This document shows positions 51,633 to 64,000 of a DNA stretch of 64,000 bases, one piece after another. The notes beneath the pieces are model-generated. The model made no database searches and had not been told where the DNA came from. It was given only the letters and a program-made list of their open reading frames with translations. A program made the translations under genes and the position numbers. Origin of the DNA: Hormiphora californensis (lineage: Eukaryota; Animalia; Ctenophora); NCBI GenBank assembly GCA_020137815.1, contig CM035351.1, forward strand, positions 3,100,001-3,164,000, read 5' to 3'. Every line of letters starts with the position of its first letter. The stretch's first letter is position 1.

Positions 51633-54600
51633 ATGGTAATGACAGATCATTTATTCTTTAGAAAAGCATTTAAAGTACAACCATGTGTGTGTGAGAATGG
51701 CGACTACAGGATCCTACCTCTCGAAAGAGGACAAGTAAGTAAAAAACAATATCTCCCGATGAAACTGAAAATAATTGTCGCTAATTTTCATCGGTGTTTT
51801 TTAGCCCAACTATTAAGGGTCATGTGAAGCTTGAAGATGGACTAAACATACGGGACCTGTTGGACCTCAAGGATGCTTTTTTGGTGAGATACTATAATAC
51901 CGCCCAGTAAAGGCAGGGCTAAAATCCTATAGAGAGTGTTACCACCCCTATACTGTTAAAACGAAACCTAAAGATAATATTTGCATGTATTTTGACTAAA
52001 TTAAACCCCGTCAGGATATCACGGAGGGTAGATCGGAGAAGATCACCTACCCAGAGTTCAAGGAGGCCTGCCAAACTATACTGGGAGCAAGCCATGAGGA
52101 ACAACTCAAGGAGCTGTACCTGCAAGTTGATGTTGCTGGGGAGGGGCATATTGACTGGGTTAGAGACACCACATCATATCTGCCATCACAACCCATGATT
52201 GAGGCACACTTCATTACCACAGAGTTCACTCTCACACATGATCATTAGGTAAACTACACTATATGTCCAGCATCTCCCACCCATTTTGCCACGTCTCATC
52301 AACAACTCACCCCCCTTCAGGATATGTTTTGTTCGCATCTTCTACGACAGTTTTATGAGAAAGACGATAAGATGAAGGCGACCAAGGTGCCCCAATGGCA
52401 GAGACACAGACCACTTCTTAGTCCACACAAGGAGACTGTGCAGCATATTGACGTGCTCCAGAATCCCAAGAGATACATTACCATTAGTAAGGTAAATAAG
52501 AGAAAATATATTTTTAGTAGATGTTCTGAATGAGTAGAGCTATTACTGATTACAGGAGCTAGTAGGATAATGAAGAAGGGGTAAATTATAGAGATAGAAA
52601 GTTGGGTAGGTCGTGGGAAAAGAGAGGACAGAGAATAACCATGTTTCACTTTCGTAGGAGGGCCTAATTGGAATCTGGGACATGAAAATGAAACAGACAA
52701 ACCAACTCAAAGTAGAGAGCGGATTGGTGAAATCTCGGAATCTTTGGATCACTAGTATGGCAGTCCTGAACAACACCAGTATTGTCAGCCATAAGATTGC
52801 GATCGCTAGCACGAGCAAAGAAATTAGTGAGTCAATTATTTCAATTATAGTAGGGGGCTAAAACTGAAATACCTGAGTTGAGTTGCTTGTTGGCGAAACC
52901 TCCTGATTTTATAAACCTCCTTTGCAGTGATATACGATCTCCAGTCTAAGAAAGGGACTGCATGTACCTGCAGGATTCAGGGACTTCCCTATGCTCCTCT
53001 ATCCCTCCACTACTGGTATGTTACCCGACTGCAATGACTGATCTAGTATAAAAGTCCATCTTGTTACCGGGAGACTGACAGTTAGACAGTCTTCATTATT
53101 TAGTTTTGCCAACTATGAATTACCTGTCGGGCAAGTGCTCTCCTTTTATACTAAACACTCTTTCCTCTTATCAGGAGTAGTGCATCAGAATCTATCCTGT
53201 CATATGGGGATGTTCATGGAAATGTGACTGCATTTATCTTCTCCAAGACTGACCAGAATCTGTTTGAACCGAATACCCGGAAAACCACCGAGGGAAACGG
53301 AGAAGGTAACCAGTGCTCTGTAGACTGTAGAGTATAGTATACATTTACTCTGTAATCTGTATTGACTTTTCAGTGAATAATGAACATTTTAGATCTCAAA
53401 CTATATCGGCATGTGGTTTTGAAAACAACCCTCGTTCCAGATGTAACAGAGATCCAGTACGATAAGATTCTCTCTGGGCAGTTCGACCACGTCAAAGTGG
53501 TAACACATCACGGCCACTCAGGGTGGACTCGGAAGGTCATGTATGCCCCTCACCTGGACCTTATTATCAGCTGTGCGACCACCTCTAACAGTTCACTAGT
53601 GCTGGGCATGAGAGAGAAAAACAAGACCCAGATGAGGACGTAAGATTGATAGGAAATTGGCATTATACAGAATCTTATTATTTGTAGGATTTAAACATTC
53701 AAACACCTGGATATCTCCTCCTCAGGACGGCATTCAATGTGCCACAAGGAGTGAACTGTTTTGATTACAACGCCAACATGAACATCATAGCAACTGGTGA
53801 TGTCGATCTGATGGTGCGACTCTGGAATCCATACGTCAAGAAACCCGTCGGGGTATGTTTTAGTTTAGGATGAGAATCACATCATTATCGAGGTTGTAAC
53901 GGGCCACATGACCAATATAACTTGATGTCATTTCAGAGGTTATCAGGTCACATGACCAGTGTAACTCATGTGATACTGAACGGCAGTAGAGGCCAGCTCA
54001 TTAGTTTGAGTATGGATAAAACCTTTAGAGTGTGGGATGTTCAAAGGCAGGCATGCTTACAACGACTCACCGGGATCCTTCCCAAGGGTCCAGATGGTTA
54101 GTCCTGAAGTTTGTGAACCGCCCTGTCACTGGGTCACCCTCGATTTCATGGCCCATGTGTTTTCTTAGTATGAACCATGACAATCCTTTTTACTCTCTCT
54201 CTCTCCCAGTTCTCTACTCTCCTGTGCCCGTGTCCCTGCTGTTTGACGAACCCAAGAACAGGTTGATCATGTCAAGTAACAACATGCTGTCCATCATGGA
54301 CATGAAACCCGAGATGAAGGATCGGATCCTGAGTCACGAGAAACCCATCACGTGCACCAAATACATTGGACGAACCAAGCAGGTATATATACTGAGCTGT
54401 GGAGGTGGTATACTTTCTCGATTATTGGGGGTTTTGGGAACTCGGTCTGCTAAATTCATGGCATATTGCGGTAACTTTGAATGTATGTCTCTGTGTTTGT
54501 CTGTGTATGAACAAGTGTGTGCTTGAGATTGCACTAGATTGCATGTTAGCTAAATCACACTGGCTAGTCGAATGTTTTATCCGGCCGCTATAAAAAACCA

Positions 54601-57600
54601 TTACTCCTAATCATTTTCATAATAAATGCTAATTAACCAACTAATTGGATGCTAATGCTAATTGAATGATTAATTGGATGCTAATTGATTGCTAATTGGA
54701 TGCTGATCAGTAGACTTCCCTCCCTTAGATCCCGTTCTACCAGGTAGCCTCAGCCTGCCAGGGATCAACCATTACTCTGTGGAATATTGACACTGGACAA
54801 AAACTCAAACAGGTACCCCACTTTTAGAAATATTTGTACCATACTTATTACTTAGAGGAACGCCATCATAAACGAATACCAGCATGTTTATATGATTCTG
54901 ATCGGTTATAGAAAGTCCCAAACCTGTGGCAGGACCTGTCCTACTCTCTGAATATGAACAACTGTAACTCCCTCGCTAGCCAAGTTAAATTCTCCATGGG
55001 AACAACTGCAACTAGATAGATAGGTGGGGGTGACAGATATAGGAACGATGAAGAAATAAAAAACTGGAACTAGATATATAACTTCCTAACACCCCCACCC
55101 CTGTTACTTGCAGATACAAAATGCCCATGGCGAGAGTGAGATAACAGCGATGGTGATCGATCTCCCTACCAAGATGTTATCTGGCAGCAGTGACGGTACT
55201 ATCAAGATATGGGATATCAACACAACTGCGTGCCATAGGGTGCTGCAGGCAGGACTAAATGGACCTGTTGATATACTGCAGGTAATGGGTTGTTATGTTC
55301 TAACCCTCCCTTTACATTTGTGTGTGTTTCGGGGGCGGGGCGTGCGAAACACAGTCTAGCTAGGCTATTATAATGAGACGACTGGTATAAGAACGGGGGG
55401 AGTGGCCTTGCTAATGATAAGCCGTACTAGAAGGGAATGGACTTTAATTGTTCATACGGTCACAGTGTCAGGCGACTCAATTATGGACGAGGGCACTGGT
55501 TTCCTATAATTCATGTTCATTACTTTCCTAACCAGGTCCTGTGTATCAAGAGGCGTGTAATAGCGGTTGGGTGGTCTCAGGACATTAGTGTGTTCAGAGA
55601 TAAACAACTGATGAGTAGCGACTTCACCATTACACCCGATGAGTGGAGTGGGAAGAGGGAGCATAAGGAGGATATCATGTGTGCTGTTTACAGGTCACCA
55701 GGTTAGCCTGACATAGTTTGGCCTTGCCTGGCTAGACAGTGTTTCTGGCGCCCCGCACCCTACCTTTACAAATGTAAAGGGAGGGTTAGAACATAACAAG
55801 TTTGGCCAATTTTACTTAACTAAACTACGATTTGGTCGAAGATAATTATATCTCGATAGCGTCCCACTTGAATTAATTTAGTTAGGAACCCCATTTCCGC
55901 ATCTGATCCACTTCTTTCCACTACCCTGCAGGTATCCTGGCTACGGCGAGTAGTGATGGAGAGATTGTTATGTGGAACCCTAGTAGTGAAAACAAGACTG
56001 CGGTTCTAGATGCACGCTCTACAAAGGTAATGTTATGGTTACCACGGTAACCATAATGCTATTTAATTTGATTTGAAAATGGATAAAAATCAGTTTACAC
56101 AATGCTGAATCCATATAATAAAGACAAAATCCCGGCTTCGATTGACAGAATGCGATATGGATGATGTCACGATCACTTTATCAATGACATTATAATTGCC
56201 CCCAGGTAATGAGGACACAGTGCACAGTTGAGATGATGTTAATCCTGGACACTCGTATTGAGATACCAGGGGCAGCTGAGCTAATAACGAGCGGCCAGAA
56301 CGGTTGGGTTCGATTCTGGGACACCGAGAATGCAGCGTGCTTGGTGAGTTGTTGTTGTATCAGATAGAGAAAAGGTGAGAAAGAGAGAGGGTCGATCAGC
56401 TGTCGGGGGGGGGGGGGGGGGGGCAAGTGGTTGATCATAATACACTATACAGTCGGACCCCCATTTATCGGGATGCTGGTGCTAAAGGATTTAAATGCCA
56501 GGTACAATTATTGTGGAAGGCCAGGGTTCCGTAGATCAAAGTTTCATATATGGGGTGAGATATTAAAAATTTCATTTGTCCTTTCGTACTGGTAAATCCG
56601 ACTGTTGTAAAGTCCAATTTTTTCCCTGCCCGGGTGAATGCCGAAGGCATTCACCCGGATGCCTTTTTACTTTGTAAAAAGGCATAGCAGGGTTAGAATT
56701 CGAAAACGACATTTTGGTATACTAACTAATCGGTAGAGGGACCATTTTGGTCACACTTTCGTTGCGAGGGGTAACCTCGCAGCGCGCGCGATCTGACACT
56801 TGCGGAGTAAAATGCGCGCGCGCAAACAATTGAAATTTTTCGAGGGGCGCGCGGCTATAAACTGTAACACACGGCAAAATTTGTTTTATATCGGCCGCGC
56901 GTTTTGATCGGGGAAAATGGAGAAATTGAAAAATCTGTTCTGCGTTTTGTTCAAAAATTCGAAAAACACAAATCCCCATTTTGCGGACAGCTTACTCGTT
57001 GGGCGAGTTGAATGGCAAATCGAAGAGGGCAGGGAAACTTGGCATTATGGATACATAATGCAAATAATTCTTGTTTATTTAAGCGACAGGCCGCCGAGCA
57101 TCAAAATGCAGCGCTTGAAATATATTTCGTTTCCTGATAAGATAGAGATCATTGGTCGCATTGGAAAGATCTTTCCAACGCAACCAGGATCAAGTCCTCA
57201 TCTTATCGGGAACCGAAGATGTGATCAATTAACGAATTGAGTGTGCAGCGGCCTGTCGCTTAAATAAAAATTCGACTATAGTAGATTTGTTTCATGCTTG
57301 CCACACATGTAAGCACGTAACGGGGAAATAACAGCAAAATATCAACCCCACATCTCTCCGTTCCTCTCTCATTTACCCACTACATATTTCCGCCTATTCT
57401 TCCCTCAGTATTCTCTCTCTCCGCAATTCAAATACTACTCTCTCTCCCTCTCTCCACAATTCTTCTCTCTCCCTTTTCTCACACACCAGTCACCACTCCC
57501 TCTCTCCCAGGGCGAGTTTGTGGCCCATACCAATGTGGATAGTATCACTATGGCAGTGGATCCCAGAAATGAGCTTCTTGTTACCGCTGACACTTCAGGA

Positions 57601-60381
57601 GAAATTAGAACATGGCTTATTGAGGGCTTCTGTGATGGAAACCAGGAAACAACGGACGACAAGCCTCGTGAGTGTGTTCTACTAAAACACAAGGATTGTT
57701 TCTATTCGATAATTTAGATACATCACCGGTAGGCTAGCTAGTTATCGCTTCTCGGCCTTTTGGCTAAGATCAAGTGTAGTATCTGTTCTTATCAGTTTAA
57801 TATCTGATACACAGTACATCGTACTGTTTCAATATTAAATTGATTTTTGGAATCCGGTCTTGGATGTGAAGCTTGCTTCAGCCAGACCACGAGTCCTCCC
57901 CGTATTGCAGTACCTCGGGGCTGGGCTCACCTCCCACCAGGGAGGACCTAATGAAAACAAGAGAAACAAACCTACCATTGTAAAATTTCGAGATATAATA
58001 TAATTCTTTAGGTAGCACTGCTTGTACAACTTATAACACCCCCCAGTGCAGTGTTATAAGTTTTCACTTATAACACCCCCCAGTGTTATAAGTTTTCACT
58101 TATAACACCCCCCAGTGATACATGAAAACTTATAACACTGCTGCACTTAGAACTCCACTGTTTCTGTCACACTTAAAAACCGTTAGAAAGATAAACGTGT
58201 ACGAACTCCCTCTCTCTCTCTCTCTCTTTCTTTATGTCACACTCTCGAGCCGTTGCAGTACCGAGATCAAGATAACAGTTACGAACTCCCGGACCCACAC
58301 ATTCTTTATCTCTCTCACTCTCACTAATCTCTCACTCTCTTTACCTATCTCAGGCGTTATCTTATCTTATACTGATATCTCTGCCTGCTACCTTATCATG
58401 AATTCGTTCTATTGCTACGCCCTAAAGTGTCTCTCACTCTTGTTTTAAAAATTTTACAATGCAATTTTATTATGCCTATTTTCGTTGTACCTGACGTCAA
58501 CAATAATGTCCCACATTCTTACACTTTTAGACCTCGCAGGCTCGGTCAAAAAGTAAAACTACATCACTCGCAGGCTCGTGAGGTAGTTACACTTAGTGGC
58601 ACTCGCAGGCTCGTGCACTAAAGTACAAGAATCTGCCTCGACCTGTCATGGTCTCGGATCATTATTGTTGCACTTATAACACTCGACCTTCGGTCTCGTG
58701 TTATAAGTTTTCAGGTACAACTTATAGGCATAATAAAATCCTACAGAATAGAACCTCACCTTAAATTTTGGTGTAGTACCGCATCACCACCAATTCTGCA
58801 ATTGAATTATTGTTTTCTATTTTTTTTCCATTCTGCAACCACATAACCCCCACCCCGATTCTGCGAACACATTACCCCAACTATAACTGTAACCCCATTT
58901 TATAGTTTTATACCACTCCTGGACGGCTCATGGGGAGTGTATAACTGAAGTAGAGGTGTGTATCAGAGATGATAGAGTTGTTATTGTATCAGCCAGCTCG
59001 GACTGCTCTCTCAAACTATGGACCGCCACTGGAACCTGCATTGGAACATTTGGACAGGTAGTCGCTACTTTTTGAGAGGATGGTGTTTGGGAGATTGTGG
59101 GAGATGGGTTTCAGAAATTGTACCCCGGCATCCATATTGTATCTGTCTGTCTGTCTGTCTGTAGTACTTTAGTGCACAAAGATCAGCCGAAGATAGCATG
59201 CAAGTTCTCTCTGCTTGTCATGTGTGTAATCACTTACTTTTTTCCAATCTCCCTTTTTATCTCTCCTCCATTTTCCAATCTCATATATTGCATAATATAT
59301 ATTCACCACAGGAAGAGCATTGGAAGTTGGAATCGATTGAAATCCCAGAGATTCCCACAATACAATCTATACTGGAGGAGAGGGAAACTAGTATTCACGA
59401 AGAGGGAGATGACTCTGAGTATGGGCCTGAAGAGGTAGGTACAATACGCGCCACGTGATTAAATACTTGACTAAAAAGCAAAACAAGTATCTCATTTCTG
59501 TGTGTACCTAAATCTCATCCATGTTGAGAGTGGTGCCCACTATTCCTGGAACTAGATTTATAACTCCCCACTTTCCTTCATCTTCCTACTCTATCTACCC
59601 CAAATAAAATCCATATCAGACCCAATGTGCCCCATCCAGGAACTAGATTTTGCTCCCTCTGAAGTCGAGGTCGAGGATGATGGTACGGACACCTTTGATC
59701 CAGAGTATCAATACAAAACATGGAATGCCACCATTCTCGGTGAGTTATAACACTACCTCTCTTTTAGTAATCTGTCATTGATCACTAAAAATTATTATCA
59801 CTAATTCTCATTACATTCTCATATTAATATTATGTATATCTCTCTCTCCCAAGGTAAATCGTATGCAAAGCAGAGGTCCAAGAAGAGGCCTCGTCGGCAG
59901 CCCCAACATTTCGCAAAGTTACCCCAGGTGGGTGCTGAACAGCGTCCAATCACAGGCACCCAGATGGGTGGTCCCTCTCAGGTACTACTTGTCTTGGTTA
60001 CGAAATTTAATCTGTCTAAAATGTGTCACTGTCTCTAATATCAGTAAGAGTTGCCTTGCTCGGCCCTGTTTCCCCGCACAAATGTAAAGGAGGGTTAGAA
60101 CATAAGTTATGTTACATAACAAAGTCAGAATGTATGGTCATTGCGAAGGATTGAATTTAGTATAACACAGCTGGTTACAGTTTAGTAAACGCTGCCTCCA
60201 GCCTGTTTCACTATTTCAACACGGCTCCCCCTACAGGTTCTGAAGGTAACGGACCTCGACAACGTCGGAATACCACAGCGCCCCGACTTCATGGCCAATC
60301 CCCACAAATACTTTAGTGATGGATTCAGCGATCTCAACGTTAAGTCCCCAGCAAAGCTGCCTGCTCTGGAACTTAAACAAA
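51633..60381 (+). CDS. WDR49: EF-hand plus WD40 repeat cilia-associated protein, WDR49/WDY-like; more than 20 exons, first and last exons uncertain
   Basis: LYLQVDVAGEGHIDWDMFCSHLLRQFYEKDDKMKATKVPQWQ...SPHKET; WD repeats (IATGDVDLMVRLWNPY, LISLSMDKTFRVWD, MLSGSSDGTIKIWD, LATASSDGEIVMWN, IVSASSDCSLKLWTATGTCIGTFGQ). Confidence 0.8.
57074..57268. mobile_element. Small inverted-repeat element in a WDR49 intron
   Basis: 21-bp IR TTTATTTAAGCGACAGGCCGC. Confidence 0.65.
57744..57932 (+). ncRNA. U2: U2 spliceosomal snRNA
   Basis: Canonical 5' ATCGCTTCTCGGCCTTTTGGCTAAGATCAAGTGTAGTATCTGTTCTTATCAGTTTAATATCTGATAC; stem IIb ACAGTAC..GTACTGT; Sm site ATTTTTG; stem IV loop TATTGCAGTAC; 3'-box-like GAAAACAAGA downstream. 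Confidence 0.96.
58020..58739. mobile_element. Composite repeat with CTTATAACAC/GTGTTATAAG units and an inverted-repeat element (58464-58739); possibly Helentron/HINE-like
   Basis: IR ATTTTATTATGCCTAT..GTTGTACCTGA; small hairpin CGACCTTCGGTCTCG. Confidence 0.5.
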
Positions 60382-61012
60382 GTAAGTACTGGGTCCTCAA
60401 TCACCAATGTAATGGTACCCTGATGGTCAGAAGTGCTTGTTGATGGGAGCACTGAGCAGGGAATTGGTACGATGTTACTTTGCGTAACGCGCGAAGTTTC
60501 AATTCAGTGGAAAGTGAAGCGGAATGGCGCGGTTGGGTTTGTGCATGGGTGTTGCGCGTCTCATATCAGGTATCCCATAGCAACACTCAGCCCACCCATA
60601 CCATGATGTTGCCAACTGTGTGGGGGGTTCGGGCTGTCAGAGCACAGGTGTAACCAATTGAATTGGTGTAGTGTCAGAAAGAATCATGTAGGCCCCACCC
60701 AAACGTGCCATATTCGAAGCCTGTAACAAGATCTGATCCCGATCTGATATATTGCATTGATAGGTTAGTGAATCAGATTCTGATTCTCTAACCTATCAGA
60801 TCTTGTTACAATGATACACTTACAGGCTTCGGAAAAGCATTCTAACATTCGGCCAAGTGTCACACTCTGAACAGAATGTGACACTTGACAGAATGTTAGA
60901 ATACTTTTCAGTTTCCTGGTTAACCAAAAGAAAATTCAGTTTCTACGGGAAAGGGAACTGTGGTAGAATTGAGAAACCGGAATAAAACAAATAAAACAAC
61001 ATAGAAAAAACA

Positions 61013-61035
61013 CTGTCAGACCAATGCTCTGACAG
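61013..61035. mobile_element. 23-bp CTGTCAGACCAATGCTCTGACAG mini-element
   Basis: Flanks AAAAAACA / AAAATACA (7/8 TSD); same sequence family as 19800-19901 and 22460-22482. Confidence 0.65.
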
Positions 61036-61275
61036 AAAATACAGGGGGATTGTTCGTTAGGCACTCGTATGAGAAAAAGTATGCGTCATATCAGACCGAT
61101 CGTAAGACTGTCTATCGGCGCCTACCCGATCTGAGCACACTGAGAATTAATGCGGGGTCTGAGCGCACTAAGAATCAATGGCGGCATCAGGCCGATCCTA
61201 AGACATGGTTTGAGATTCTGCTACCAGGGTCGTCTCTGGCCGAGTGTCCAGGTGTCCATGGACACGAGCATACTG

Positions 61276-62372
61276 CTAAAGTTCGATATCATCATTGTTC
61301 TTGTCTTGTACAATCCTGTGTGCCTTGCTAAAGGTAGCCATGGAAAACACCGTCCCACTCCTAGATATCCCCCTGGCATTTCTAAATTTGGTATTCACAT
61401 AATCCTTCACCTTGTTCATTCTCCAATAGTAGATCAAGGGGTTAATTGCGGAGTTGAGGGCCACACACATGACATATGTGAAATTCCAGCTGTAGAATAG
61501 GAGAGTTTTGTGGTCAGCGTAGGTGACAGAGTAACAGTCATCTATACACCCATCCTTGCCCTTCCATCCCTGCTATCGTCATCAAGAGGTAGTTAATAAA
61601 CACGGGTATGTTGAACACTATGTAGGCAATGGTGAAGATTAGGATGGTCATGGTAGCTGCACGGGGCGAGGTTCGTCCAGTGCCGGAACCTCTTGGCTTC
61701 ACCTGTCTCCTCTCGTTGATCATGATGATGACATATGACGTCATACATGATATACAGATGGGGATGACTGGGGCGGCCAGGGTCAGGGACCTGGATATGG
61801 AGTTGAACTTATAGGACCATTCAGTACTAGGCAGTTCGTAGCAGTACACATCACTGTGACTATACTGGAAGTTAGCAGCACCGATTGATATAGGGACATA
61901 TTGATCGGAGAAGTAGGAACACAGTGTATACGATTGTTATTATCTTGAGTGACCCTACTTTCAGTTTTATGAGCGGTTTTATTAGAACGAATGTCCGAGT
62001 TAGGGACATGACGCCGACGAGGTAGACTGACAGGAAGGGTAGCGTCTCCCAGAGTAGACCCCAGAGATGACAAAACACGGCAGAACCAAACATTGCTGGT
62101 GACCTGTTCCACAGAAAGCTTACAATTACAGGTGGAAGGGTGGCCGATATGAGTAGATCTACCAGAGCAATCCACACGTAGATGACATTGAAAAAGTTCT
62201 TGTTCTGACTACCCCGTTCCTGGTGAATGAAGAATATCAGAGCGGAAAGGTTAGCCGGGGCACCCACTGCCAGGGCTAGAATGTAGAAAGCTGCAAAGAG
62301 GTAGTTGCTGGCACAGTGGGCTATCTCGGGAGGGAGCGCTGTGGATATGATGGTGAAGTTCTCCCCTGACAT
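61276..62372 (-). CDS. Intronless rhodopsin-like (class A) 7TM GPCR, split by two 1-nt insertions
   Basis: TM1 GAPAN, TM2 ALVDLL, TM3 C...MSLTRT, ECL2 YCYE, TM6 YIVFNIP, TM7 LNSAINPLIYY; removing one base near 61885 and one near 61555 joins the three ORFs. Confidence 0.88.
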
Positions 62373-62685
62373 TTCTCAGTGCTACAATGGGGAGGGAGGT
62401 GGTGGGGTTAACATGATCATCTGTAGGAGAACAGAAGCTAGATAAATGTTAAGAAATGGAGTACTGAGTAGGTGTGGGTCATATTTAAGCGAAATTTTCC
62501 ATTATGGAAATTCTAAGAAACGCCAGTTGGTTCTTGGAATTTCTTGGATGGGTAGCGGAAAATCATCAATATGCGATGAGAGCAAAGCACTCAGAATAGT
62601 TATGTAGCACTAATGGGTTTACTCATTGTGAATGAGAGTAGTGTAGTATACTTTTTTAGAACTCTAGTAATTTAGCACAGTGCGT

Positions 62686-62985
62686 AGTTTACCAAATTAC
62701 ATAATCCTAGGTGCAGTAAAATTGAGAATGACAGAGACTAAACTAAGAGAAGGATAAAGCCTGGGATTTTAGCGGGGAAAGGGTTTCAGTTTAAAGAGAG
62801 GGGAACGATCCTCCTTTAATGTCCTAGTAGTTTACCAAATTACATAATCCTAGGTGCAGTAAAATAAAGAATGACAGAGACTAAACTAAGAGATTCTCTT
62901 AGTAAGAGAAGAAAGAGATAGGGCCTGGTATTTCAGCAGGGAAAGGGTATCAGTTTAAAGAGAGGGGGGAACGATCCTCCTTTAT
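62686..62985. repeat. About 140-bp imperfect tandem duplication
   Basis: tagtttaccaaattacataatcctaggtgcagtaaaat...gaacgatcctccttta occurs twice. Confidence 0.8.
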
Positions 62986-63554
62986 TATACCAACAGGTGG
63001 GTATCAAAGAGCCACAAAGGTGGGGTGTAACAACCTGCATTGTAGTAGAAGCACACAGCGGGGCCTGGTGTATTATAACAGGGCCTGGTGTATAATAACA
63101 GGGCCACTATAATAGGACCTCATAATGTATACACAAGATCGGGTAAAATAGAGAAAGGTAGTTATTCACACTCACACTCACAGCATTCAACCCTCATCCC
63201 CGTTCAGACTACACTGTTTTACCGTAGTCACGGTCAGACTCCATTGTTGTTTGAGACCCCCCTAGTACTCAGCAATTGAATTGATAATGCGTCTGGGTCG
63301 CGGTTATACACTATGACATGGAGTTCTGTGGTTTACTGTTATGTTTTATTCACTCACTTCAAATAACGAAATAACGATTCGAACAGGCGAGGGGGGTTTG
63401 AGCTAATGAGTCCTGAGATGTCAAGATTAAATACAGCAACCTGTATCTGGGTAGGCTGAAATGTCATAATTTGAATATCTATTTGAATCACATTATGATA
63501 TGCACACAATGTCGTTGACTCTTCAATAACAATTAACATATTATTATGATGGTT

Positions 63555-63676
<122 letters not shown>

Positions 63677-64000
63677 CACATGATACTAATTGCTGGTGCT
63701 GACTCTATAACAACACACGCCATATAACTACCCAAGCATTATCATCTCACTATAATGAACCTAACACAAAATTCGTGGAGTAAATTAGTATCTTTTGAGG
63801 GTCATCTCATGTGTCATTATTGACGAGGTCTCCACCCCTTACTCTCCCCCTCTCTCTTCGGTTGACTTCGGTACTGAAAGGCCAGGCGACCAAGGCTGAA
63901 CCATGGTACTATGAAATGAACACAGTTCACCAATAGAGTGAGATGGGTGGGTTATTGTGGAGCTGTTAGTGCGCTTGTTAGATGATTGTGATTAATGAAC

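Overview
Compact, gene-dense animal genomic DNA with short GT-AG introns, (AG)n microsatellites and many small inverted-repeat elements. A ctenophore is my best guess (inference from the intronless rhodopsin-like GPCR type, intron style and GTAACCATGGTAAC minisatellites). Recognisable genes: PSPH (+), a multi-exon YHYH-domain gene (+), a minus-strand co-directional run (CCDC86, mitochondrial acyl carrier protein, RAD54L2/ARIP4 helicase, a Q/P-rich orphan, a bacterial-type amidohydrolase/lactonase, DUSP12-like phosphatase), a WDR49-like EF-hand/WD40 gene (+) carrying a U2 snRNA in an intron, and a 7TM GPCR (-). Mobile DNA includes a 5'-truncated CRE-type retroelement, a LINE 3' remnant, an ORF1-only LINE-like element in a (TC)n tract, several TIR/TSD MITEs and a ~0.9 kb palindrome. 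The assembly is imperfect: many single-base indels in conserved genes, and 5.7-11.6 kb looks like a false tandem duplication of 11.6-18 kb that decays into homopolymer noise. The most notable signals are (1) 3' splice acceptors a few nt before the ATG of most genes in a tightly packed same-strand cluster (candidate SL-trans-spliced operon), and (2) a family of ultra-short CTGTC...GACAG hairpin insertions, down to 23 bp, with 8-bp TSDs and an empty-site paralogue inside the window.
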